IMG/VR virus record: IMGVR_UViG_3300045988_162372
DNA length: 64,000 bases
Source of the DNA: a virus
Direction: 5' to 3' (one strand)
The notes beneath the pieces are model-generated. The model saw nothing but the letters and a program-made list of their open reading frames with translations, made no database searches and was not told the DNA's origin. Within the stretch, counting starts at the first letter, position 1; each line of letters begins with the position of its first letter. Made by a program: the position numbers and the translations under genes. This document shows, in pieces, positions 1 to 8,900 of this stretch.

Positions 1-11
1 TACATCCTCGT

Positions 12-2231
12 ATGGAAAATGGATATCGTGTCATGTTCTATGCTAAAACACCTATGGCATTTTCCAAATTCCAAAAATTCTTTGAAGAAGGTGGAAGACC
101 TATATATCCAAAACCAAGCGACAAAAGTTACGGATTAAGGGATTATATCTGTGTTGCTCCTAATGAACAATATATGATTTCAACAGGAAAAAGAATGTTC
201 AAGGGGTATGAAGATTATGATGACTTGCTACGTCTTGAATGGGACTTGGAAACAGAAGGACTTGACCCAAATATCAATGCCATTTCACAGATTGGTATAA
301 GAACAAACAAGGGTTTTGAAAAAATCATTTCAATTCAAGGCGAAGGTGAAGAAAAACTTGAAAATGAAATGAAAGGTTTATCAGAGTTTTTCCAAATTGT
401 AAGAGAAATACAACCTGATGTAATGACAGGACATAACACAGAGAACTTCGACTGGAATTTTATTGATGTTCGTCTAAAAAAGCGTGGGTTATCCCTTTTC
501 GATTATACACAACAGTTATTTTATGGAAAAGGTATATATAAAAAACAAAAAGAGGCTGTTTTGAAATTAGGAGGGGAAATGGAATATTATTATCCTACTG
601 TAATGTGGGGACATAATCTTACAGATTCTTTATTTGCTGTAAGACGTGCGCAAGCTCTTGATAGTAATATGAAAAAAGCCGATTTGAAGTATGTTACTAA
701 ATATTCAAAACTGAATAAACCCAATCGTGTATATGTACCAGGAAAAGTTATTAATAAAACTTGGAGTGATACATCAAAAACTTATGCTTTTAATAATGAG
801 AATGGTGAATGGTTTAAGATAACAGATGAAATTCTAAACAAAACTTTTATAAATTGTATTGGAGAAAAACTACAAAGATACAGTCTAAATAACGATGGCA
901 CATTACATGATAATAAAGAAAATCGAGATTTTAAATATGTAACAGGACGATACATTGTTGAACGTTATCTTTTGGATGACCTTTATGAAACAGATAAGGT
1001 GGAGCTTCGTTATAATCAATCTAATTTTCTTGTGGGTAAGATGCTTCCTGTGTCATTTGAGAAAATGTGTACAATGGGAACTGCCGCTATATGGAAGTAT
1101 ATTATGCTTGCATGGAGTTACGAACATGATTTAGCAATTCCAGAATTAATTGATACAAAACCGTTTACAGGTGGATTATCACGTTTATTAAAAGTAGGGT
1201 ATGTAGATAGAATTGTAAAATTGGATTTCAATTCACTTTATCCATCTATTATTCTTTCATTTAATATTAAGACACCTGTAGATGTAATGGGTGTTATGAA
1301 TGCTATTCTTGAATACATCTTGACTGAACGTGAATACTATAAAGGATTAAAGGCAGATTTTGGAGCAAAAGCAAAAAAGATAAAGAAACAAATAGAAGTA
1401 AATCCAAATCTTCCAAATATCAAGGAATTAAAAGAAGAGCAACAAAAATACGAAACAGAAGCTGCACGAAATGACAAGATGCAATTGCCTTTAAAGATTA
1501 CTGGTAATGCATTCTTTGGTTCATACGGTTCTGGAAGCGTTTTTCCTCATTCAGATTTGATTTGTGCAGAAGAAACAACTTGTACAGGACGTATGATGTT
1601 GCGACTTATGATTTCGCATTTCACGAGTATTGGATATGAACCTATTGTAGGTGATTCATTTACCGAAGATACTCCTTTATTTATCAAATATAATAATACA
1701 AATGACATTGATATAGTACCAATATCAAAATTGATAAATGAAAAGAAAATTAAAAAGGATAAATTAGATAGGGAGTATGATACCTCTAAAAAAGATTTTA
1801 AGGTATTATGTAGAAGCGGATGGAAAGAAGCCACATATATTTACAGACATAAAACAGATAAGGATATATATCGTATAAATGATAACAATTGTTCTGTTGA
1901 TGTTACAGAAGACCATTCTCTGTTTAATGAAAAACAAGAGAAAGTAATACCAAGCGAAATAAACAAGAATACTAAACTTGAATATTATAATGGTGGAAAT
2001 ATTATATCGAATAAATATACATTCGATAAACGTAAATTAAATATGTGTGCAGTCCTTGCAGCAGGAAATAGAGAACACGCTTTGATAACAAAAGAAGTGC
2101 TTAATAGTACGGTTTCTTGCAAAAAATATTTCTTGGATAGGTTTGAACATTATAGACAACCAAACAAAAAATATTCAAAGCAAATTATAGCTTCATTACA
2201 ATATATTAAAATGTGTGTAGAAAATAGGTAA
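12..2231 (+). CDS. Family B DNA polymerase, N-terminal fragment (3'-5' exonuclease plus palm motifs A and B), ending in a split-intein N-fragment
   Basis: Exo I DLETEGLD, Exo II HNTENFDWNFI, Exo III YLLDDLYETD, motif A LDFNSLYPSII, motif B KITGNAFFGSYGS. Polymerase-like sequence stops at ...EPIVGD (nt 1655). The frame stays open to nt 3, so the true start may lie upstream of the window. Confidence 0.9.
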   Translation: MENGYRVMFYAKTPMAFSKFQKFFEEGGRPIYPKPSDKSYGLRDYICVAPNEQYMISTGKRMFKGYEDYDDLLRLEWDLETEGLDPNINAISQIGIRTNKGFEKIISIQGEGEEKLENEMKGLSEFFQIVREIQPDVMTGHNTENFDWNFIDVRLKKRGLSLFDYTQQLFYGKGIYKKQKEAVLKLGGEMEYYYPTVMWGHNLTDSLFAVRRAQALDSNMKKADLKYVTKYSKLNKPNRVYVPGKVINKTWSDTSKTYAFNNENGEWFKITDEILNKTFINCIGEKLQRYSLNNDGTLHDNKENRDFKYVTGRYIVERYLLDDLYETDKVELRYNQSNFLVGKMLPVSFEKMCTMGTAAIWKYIMLAWSYEHDLAIPELIDTKPFTGGLSRLLKVGYVDRIVKLDFNSLYPSIILSFNIKTPVDVMGVMNAILEYILTEREYYKGLKADFGAKAKKIKKQIEVNPNLPNIKELKEEQQKYETEAARNDKMQLPLKITGNAFFGSYGSGSVFPHSDLICAEETTCTGRMMLRLMISHFTSIGYEPIVGDSFTEDTPLFIKYNNTNDIDIVPISKLINEKKIKKDKLDREYDTSKKDFKVLCRSGWKEATYIYRHKTDKDIYRINDNNCSVDVTEDHSLFNEKQEKVIPSEINKNTKLEYYNGGNIISNKYTFDKRKLNMCAVLAAGNREHALITKEVLNSTVSCKKYFLDRFEHYRQPNKKYSKQIIASLQYIKMCVENR
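1656..2228 (+). other. Split-intein N-fragment (Ser1) with an extra C-terminal tail
   Basis: Begins S-FTEDTPLFI (block A-like [CS]-[LF]-x-x-DT). Contains VDVTEDHSLF (block B TxxH). By eye it parallels DnaE split-intein N-fragments. A TAA stop follows at 2229-2231. The last ~75 aa (ITKEVLNSTVSCKKYFLDRFEH...) may be a decayed endonuclease-domain remnant. Confidence 0.75.
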
Positions 2232-2235
2232 TACT

Positions 2236-2418
2236 TTGACAGAAGAAAAGAGTAAAAATATTTTAGCAAAGAAATATAATTGTCCGCAAAATATATCTGA
2301 ACATGAATTTTGTAAAAGTAAAGGATGGTACAGAATATATGATTGCAGTTGTTTATGCTATAAATGGAAAAAAGTAATAATTAAACAAGAATGTTATGAA
2401 AGTACAAAAAATAAATAA
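2236..2418 (+). pseudogene. Remnant (C-terminal ~45 aa) of a free-standing homing endonuclease gene, lying between the two intein halves
   Basis: SKNILAKKYNCPQNISEHEFCKSKGWYRIYDCSCLCYKWKK aligns with the C-terminus of the 19928..21625 ORF (SKNNMIKKYGLDKKLTEWEMARQLGYDRIWDCGLLKYVWIR). It has a TTG start only and no nuclease core. Confidence 0.65.
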
Positions 2419-2494
2419 GACTGATAAGTATGTTTATGATATTTCACTTGATGGAACAGTTGTAAACGCATTAGGAATGAATATTCTCTCCAAT
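2396..2494 (+). other. Split-intein C-fragment (33 aa, own ATG)
   Basis: MKVQKINKTDKYVYDISLDGTVVNALGMNILSN followed by Thr+1. It resembles known DnaE C-inteins (...VYDIGV...HNF...NG..ASN|C): block F VYDI and a block G terminal SN. Confidence 0.8.
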
Positions 2495-4048
2495 ACAGAT
2501 GGATTTAATTTTCAAATGCCTAAAACATTTCGTTATACTGACGAGCATCCGTATATAAGTGATGGGGGAGGACGCAATAGTGAAAAAGGTAAAAAATATA
2601 CAAAAGTAGATGCAGATGTTGCTGAATTTGAAGACAAGTATTTAAATCACGCCTTTAATGGAGGTATTAATAAAAACGGTCTTGGTATAGATGAATATTG
2701 TAATGCTACCATTAATTTTGCTCGTAAGAATTATGCAGACTTGCTTGATAATGGAAAGATTAAAATGGTTGGAAATACAATCAAATCCAAAAAAATGCCT
2801 ATTTACATTGAAAAATTTTTGAATGAAGCCATAAGACTTTTATTAAATGGTAAAGGCGCAGAATTTCTTGAATATTACTATGATTATGTAGAGAAAATTT
2901 ACAATTTACAAATTCCATTACAAGATATTGCAACTGTTGGTAAAATAAAAGTCAATCTTGATACCTATAAAGCTAATTGCAAGAAATTGACATCAGCAGG
3001 AACTAAGAAAGCAAGACAAGCATGGTATGAGCTTGCAATTAAAGACAATTTAAATGTCAATATGGGCGATGCAATATATTATATCAATGTGGGAAATAAA
3101 AAAGCTACATCAGACATACAAAGAGTGAGCAAATTATATTATATTGATAAAAATGGAAATAAATGCGAGGATTTCATTGATGAAAATGGTGAGGTTGTGT
3201 ATGATAAAAAAGGAAACCCTAGTAATTTTACTAAGAAAATAAAAGCGGAGTATGATAAGCTGAAAAAATCAATGAATAAATCGGTTATAAAGAACATAAA
3301 TGACCCATCCAATACATTTTATACTATACTTGAGTACGCCCAACAGAAATATCCTTTCTTAAAAATTCAGGAAGAAGATGAGATAATATTCAATTGTGTT
3401 AGACTTTCAAATGAAATTGTAGAGGACGAAGAGGAACATTTTTGCACTGCTGATTTTGAATATAATAGGGCAAAATACATCAATATGTTCAACAGTCGTA
3501 TAAGACCCTTGCTTGTATGTTTTGATAAAAAAATCAGAACAAAAATAAACGATAAAGGTAAAGAAGTTGACAACATCTTAATTGATAACCCAAAAGATAG
3601 AAAAGCCTTTACCGAGGATGAAAGTAAACTTGTATCTGGTCAACCATATAACATAAAAGATCAAGACACTTATGAACAACTTATGACTATCGAGGATAAG
3701 GAAATCAAGTTTTGGTTATCAGTTAACAAAACACCACCTTTTGTAAAAGAATGTGGAATTGATTGGGATAAGACTGTTGAAAAATATCAAGAAAGACAGA
3801 AACAACTTGAAAGTGAAGGAGTTAAAGCTGAACTGGAAGAGTATAATAAAATAATTGATTCTTTAAAAGAAAGTGATGTAGAAAAATTCAACGAAACTGG
3901 TGAATTGCCAGATAAGTTAATGAAACTCATTGATATAAATATGGATACATATGACTTCGTTTCAAAGAAATGGGGAGTTATATTAGGAAGTATGTTTGAT
4001 GTACTTGATAAAGATTTTAGTATAAATAGATTTGATGCGGAAGAATGA
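2396..4048 (+). CDS. Family B DNA polymerase, C-terminal fragment (motif C onward, thumb), preceded by the intein C-fragment
   Basis: The C-extein starts TDGFNFQMP at nt 2495. Joined to ...IVGD of the upstream ORF it restores a GDTDG catalytic motif C. The rest has PolB-thumb length and a basic character. Confidence 0.85.
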   Translation: MKVQKINKTDKYVYDISLDGTVVNALGMNILSNTDGFNFQMPKTFRYTDEHPYISDGGGRNSEKGKKYTKVDADVAEFEDKYLNHAFNGGINKNGLGIDEYCNATINFARKNYADLLDNGKIKMVGNTIKSKKMPIYIEKFLNEAIRLLLNGKGAEFLEYYYDYVEKIYNLQIPLQDIATVGKIKVNLDTYKANCKKLTSAGTKKARQAWYELAIKDNLNVNMGDAIYYINVGNKKATSDIQRVSKLYYIDKNGNKCEDFIDENGEVVYDKKGNPSNFTKKIKAEYDKLKKSMNKSVIKNINDPSNTFYTILEYAQQKYPFLKIQEEDEIIFNCVRLSNEIVEDEEEHFCTADFEYNRAKYINMFNSRIRPLLVCFDKKIRTKINDKGKEVDNILIDNPKDRKAFTEDESKLVSGQPYNIKDQDTYEQLMTIEDKEIKFWLSVNKTPPFVKECGIDWDKTVEKYQERQKQLESEGVKAELEEYNKIIDSLKESDVEKFNETGELPDKLMKLIDINMDTYDFVSKKWGVILGSMFDVLDKDFSINRFDAEE

Positions 4049-4314
4049 TGAAAGACAAAATTATAAATAATATAGGTAAAATTATAATACTATCAGCAAT
4101 AGTTATTATTTCTCTTATTTGGATATTTATAGGCTTTAAGAGCGTACTTTTAACTATAGGTGTATTAACTCTACTATCGTACATAAATACAGCTATTACA
4201 ACACTTGGAAATGCCTTTATTGGACGTGATATAAATATGAGTTATGATATATTTTGGAAAATGCTATTCATATTCATAACATCGTTATGTTTTGGAATTT
4301 ACTTTAATATATAA
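4045..4314 (+). CDS. Small membrane protein (about 3 predicted TM helices)
   Basis: Hydrophobic stretches IIILSAIVIISLIWIFIGF, VLLTIGVLTLLSYI and MLFIFITSLCFGIYF. Its ATG overlaps the polB stop (ATGATGA). Confidence 0.55.
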   Translation: MMKDKIINNIGKIIILSAIVIISLIWIFIGFKSVLLTIGVLTLLSYINTAITTLGNAFIGRDINMSYDIFWKMLFIFITSLCFGIYFNI

Positions 4315-4320
4315 AAAAAA

Positions 4321-4353
4321 AATAAGGAAGAGAAAATTAATCTCTTCCTTATT
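4321..4353. terminator. Bidirectional hairpin terminator between convergent genes
   Basis: 13-bp perfect stem AATAAGGAAGAGA / TCTCTTCCTTATT with a 7-nt loop. It is flanked by an A-run, which is a T-run for the minus-strand fibre gene. Confidence 0.75.
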
Positions 4354-4374
4354 AGGTATGTGATGACACTCTAA

Positions 4375-5862
4375 TTAGTATGTTCCACAATCAAATACAG
4401 CATCTGCCTTCATACCAATACCTTCCGCAGATACTTCAATCATAGGATCAGAAGGTTTAGCTACGGCTGTGATGGTTTTTTCAGTACCGTCTCCACTTAC
4501 ATTGATACCCTTACCTGCAACCACTGAAATAGCTGCATCCCTAACAGCATCAATAGCATCAGCATTCGCTTTAGCCTGAGTGTCAAGCTGAGTAATAGCA
4601 TCCATAACAGAAGTAGCGTCATTGACATACGTTGCACCGACAGGAGCAGTAAATGTGCCATCTGTGCCAAGACCAACAGAAGCCTCTACTTTATCAATAG
4701 CAGCTTGAACTCCCTGTTTAGCAGCATCAATAGCAGCTTGAACTCCACTCAGCTTAATACCATCAGCACCAACTGTCAAGAATGCTTCAGTTGAACCGTC
4801 AAGTTTTGCAGCAATAACTTTTCCACTAACAGAAATACCATCGCCTGCTGTATAAACATCAATCAAAGAGGTTACATTAAGGTTGATAACTTTGTCTCCT
4901 GCATCAGTATTGAATGTGAATACCAAGAATGTGCCACTTTGAGCTTCACCAACAGGCTGGTCAGCAGAAGCGGTTTTTAATTCAACATTTTGAAGCATTC
5001 CATCTTTAATGAAATCAGTGGCAGCAATAGTTGCAATTGCAGCACCATCCTTACCAATTAATTTCAAGCCGTCAGATTTGCTCCAAGTCAAGTTAATGTT
5101 AGCAAGTAAACCATCCGTAGTCTGAGTTAAAACTTTATCAGCAGTATTAAGTTTTAAAGAGATTGTCTTTTCACCTTCATTTTCTTCTGATACTGCAATA
5201 GCGTCTTGCCCTACATATTGTACGAGGGCAGCACTTGCAACACTCATAACACCAGTTTCTCCATTAACAACGATAGTAGTGCCATCAACATTTGCTTTCA
5301 AGTCAATGCCACCGTCTGCGCCATCACCGATAACAACAGTTTTGTTATTAGAAGTAATAGCACCACGTTTTACAGCAATTTTACCGTCTGTTTCTGATAC
5401 TTCGGTAACAAAACTTTTTGCAACAGCAGTATCTGCAACATCAAGAGCTTGAACAGCGGCTGTAATTTGGCCATCGGCATAATCTTTTGCATCTTGTTCA
5501 GCTTTTGAGATTGAGCCTTCACCACTTCCATTAATTTTTACCAATGCATCAGCAATTTTCTTAATAGTGTCATAAGCATCATCAATTGCTGAATCCTCAC
5601 CACCTTTAATGGCAGCAATGGCAGCATCAAGAGCATCCTGTACCTCAGAAGGAATAGCATCAGCATCAAAGATTGTATAATCTTCAGCACCTTTAATACC
5701 AAATAAAACCTTTTCAGGTTTAATATCTGTGTCACCGCCACCGTAGGTAGCGATTGCAGGTTCACCGACAGCAGCAGTAGCTAAATAAGCTTTAAGACCA
5801 TTTAAAGCTGCTGTTTTGTTTTCATAATTTACATGTCTTTTTAGTTGTAATGTATAAGCCAT
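4375..5862 (-). CDS. Tail fibre protein (Ala/Gly/Thr-rich)
   Basis: N-terminal anchor-like motif ...GEPAIATYGG, shared with the next fibre gene (GEPTLYFYGD). One copy of the LIDVYTAGDGISVSG...FLTVGADGIKLSG module shared with the other fibres. Confidence 0.7.
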   Translation of the reverse strand: MAYTLQLKRHVNYENKTAALNGLKAYLATAAVGEPAIATYGGGDTDIKPEKVLFGIKGAEDYTIFDADAIPSEVQDALDAAIAAIKGGEDSAIDDAYDTIKKIADALVKINGSGEGSISKAEQDAKDYADGQITAAVQALDVADTAVAKSFVTEVSETDGKIAVKRGAITSNNKTVVIGDGADGGIDLKANVDGTTIVVNGETGVMSVASAALVQYVGQDAIAVSEENEGEKTISLKLNTADKVLTQTTDGLLANINLTWSKSDGLKLIGKDGAAIATIAATDFIKDGMLQNVELKTASADQPVGEAQSGTFLVFTFNTDAGDKVINLNVTSLIDVYTAGDGISVSGKVIAAKLDGSTEAFLTVGADGIKLSGVQAAIDAAKQGVQAAIDKVEASVGLGTDGTFTAPVGATYVNDATSVMDAITQLDTQAKANADAIDAVRDAAISVVAGKGINVSGDGTEKTITAVAKPSDPMIEVSAEGIGMKADAVFDCGTY

Positions 5863-5951
5863 TGTAGTATTATAATTAAATTAATTATCTTATTATTAAT
5901 ATAATTGGTAATCTATTTTTCAAGACCACCAATTATAATTATTATTAAATT

Positions 5952-8900
5952 TTAGGAATTACTTCCATATTCACCAAAATCAATCAAATTATTTATGATT
6001 TCTTCAATCGTTGCCAATCTTTCAGCCACACTAGGCTTGCCTTCTTCTGGTTCACCTATTTGTTCCTTGATTTGGTTAATAGTTTGATTGATAGTGTTAA
6101 TATTATTATTAACAGTTGTCAAATCACCTTCCAATTTTGAAATTCTATTTTCATAGCCTTCAACTTGATTACTCAATTCGGTAAACTGATTAGAGAGATT
6201 AGTAACTTGACTTCCTAGTTCAGTAACTTGTGTTGTTAAGTTATTGATAGCACCCGTATTCTGTGCAATGTTTTGTGTATTCTGTTCAACCTTAGTCTGT
6301 AAATTAGTAACATTGCCTTGAAGGACTGTGATATCGCTCTTAGCCTGTGCCATATCAGACTTCAAAGTATCAACGTCAGAAACAAGTCCTGCAACTTTAT
6401 CAGTTTCAGTTTTCAAATTTTCAATTGCTTTCTGAACAGTAACTTCATCGCCACCCCATAAGGCTGTCAATTTACTTGCCTCATTGCTCATATAAAGTGT
6501 ACCGTTGTTGTTCAATATACCATTATGAGCTTCTGTTGAAATGGCTAACCTTGCACGTAAAATATCAACGTTGTCTGCACCAGCTGTTTTGGTTAATGTA
6601 ATAGGATTATCAGTTCCATTATCAATAGTCCATTCATTTACTATATCTCCAACTGGTATAGAAATTTGCTGTGTTTCACCACCATCTTTAGCAATAGTTA
6701 GAACAATGCTTTGTGTTACACTATCATAATGTCCCTCTTGAACTAGTGAATGTTCGGATAGTGTAAATTTAGATTTTTCATTACCATTAACAATCAAGGC
6801 AATGCTATTCTCAGCCTTATTATAATTCAATGCTATAGAAGAATAAACACCATTACCATCAAGCTTGATAATATTATCTTCGGTTGTGTTGAGTTTTAAA
6901 TCAGCTTTCAATGTTGTACCACCGTCAGCTTTACTTGCAGTCAAAGCAATTGAATTTGTTTCAGAAGTGATAATATTTAATCTTCTATCTTCTGCTTGCA
7001 ATAAGCTAACATTAGTTTCAATCGCAGTTGCTCTATCTTCAAGTGCATCAATAGCGTCAGCATTTAACTTTTCAGCAATTTGCGCTCTGGATGTTTCATC
7101 TGCGACATCTGTTTTCGTTGCGTAATCGCTTAAATCAACAGAGGTAAGATAACCTTTTTTATCAATTTCTTCTTTCGTATATACATCCGCAGAATTAGCT
7201 TTTTTCTCCAACCCTCTATCAGCATACTCCTTAGCTTGAGTTAAGGCATTATCAGCTTTTGTTGTAGCATCAGTGGCAGCGGTAGCAATTGCATTATCTT
7301 GAGCTTCCTGTGTTTTAGTGTCAATAGTTCCATTAAGAGTATCAATTGCAGCATCAATACCATTTATGCTTACACCGTCAGCACTTACTGTCAGATATTT
7401 TTCTGACAATGTTGCTTTTCTTACTGAGAATGTATTTGCGGACAAAGACATACCATCACCTGCTGTATAAGTGTCAACCAAATCAGAAATATCAACTTCA
7501 ATAGGTTGCTCATGTTCATTTTCAGTCTTGAAAATGAATTGAAGTTTATGAGAAGCATTATCATAATTTACAGATTTCAAGAATTGGTCTTGTGGAATGT
7601 TAATATCACCTGCAACAACACCATCAACCAGTACTTGATAATGCAAATCATTTGCTTCATCTTTTACAACTTCGACACTTTCAATCTTTGTTGCAAGACT
7701 TGTTTCAAGCTCTTTATCTTTGGCTTTCAACTCTTCAATTGAGGTAGATAAATTTCCTTCATTTGTCTCAAGTTTTGCAATCTCACTATCCGTGTATGCT
7801 TTTGCATCAGTTAAAACTTTTTCATCCTTAGCAACATAATCAGCTACCAGTTTATCTTCAAGAGCATCATTTGCATTATGAATATCACTGGTTACTGTAG
7901 TGTAATTCTTAGCGATCTCACTATCAGTATAAGCCTTTGCATCAACCAATGCCTTATCAGCTTTAGATGTCGCATCAGAAGAAGCAGTATTAACAGCATC
8001 AGTTTTTGCATTACTGATTTCAGCTTGCAATTCAAGTTTGGCTGTGCCAAGTTGTGTATCAGTATATGTTTTCGATTCGGCAATAGCACTACTAACCTGA
8101 GAAGCGACACTACTCGTTAAATCATTAATTCTTTCATGTAATGCGCTTTCAGCATTTTCTGCACGTTGCTGTTCGGCTTGAATACCCTGATTTAAAGTAT
8201 CATATGTGTATTTCAACATATATCTTACAGAATTTGGGGTATTCTCATCAGCATTTAACGAATCAATAGCTTTCTTGTTTTCCTCTACACTTGTTCTAAG
8301 TGTTTCAATAGCATTTGTATTAGCAGAAATTAAATTAGCATTTGCTAATTCAGCAGCCTTTGCTCTTTCACTTTCTTGTGTAATATTTTCTTGTAGCCTA
8401 GCTTCAACACCAGTTGCTCTTTCTGTTTCAACTGCAATAGCATTATCAATTGTACTCTTGGGAGCAAGTAATTCGCCATTTCCATTGATAGATAAAATAT
8501 TGTCGTTAGAGGCTAATCGAAATGCGGTTGTAACGACTTTTTCTGTGCTTCTTGTGTTATCACTTACTTGGAATACGACAGGGCTTGATGTATTGTTTTC
8601 AAATCTATAAATGGTAATTAATCCACTCATAGGAATTCTTACAGTATTCCCGTTGTTGAATTCAATTACAAGTTCCTGTGTAACACTATCATAATAAGCA
8701 TTGTCAATAAAATCAACACCAGGAAGTTCAACCTCTTTTGTAACATTACCAGTTCTTACAATCAATTTATTAGATGCAATATCACAGGTAATTTCAATAT
8801 CAACTTCCAAACCGCCATCTTTATGGATAATAGTTTTATTACCTCCAAGCCTCACACCACCAGAAATTCTGTAACCAACATTGGTTTCTTTTGTTGCAGT

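Noticed and set aside
1547-1834. 95-aa minus-strand ORF inside polB. The same class includes 5206-5397, 6541-6729, 8206-8610, 9064-9509, 10384-10720, 11800-12222, 28034-28357, 32342-33055, 33070-33366, 45861-46466, 50111-50449 and 55153-55602.
   Set aside because: All are embedded antisense, or out of frame, within long and well-supported genes. None has a recognisable motif or its own upstream signal. I treat them as shadow ORFs of an AT-rich genome.
2229-2231. Stop-codon readthrough or recoding as the explanation for the interrupted polymerase
   Set aside because: The stop is TAA, not the TAG or TGA usually reassigned in phages. The three pieces are in three different frames, and all other long genes in the window read cleanly with the standard code.
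2232-2395. Group I intron interrupting polB
   Set aside because: The downstream piece has its own ATG and begins with a textbook 33-aa intein C-fragment, and the upstream piece ends in an intein N-fragment. I saw no obvious intron-like paired elements. RNA splicing cannot be strictly excluded without RNA data.
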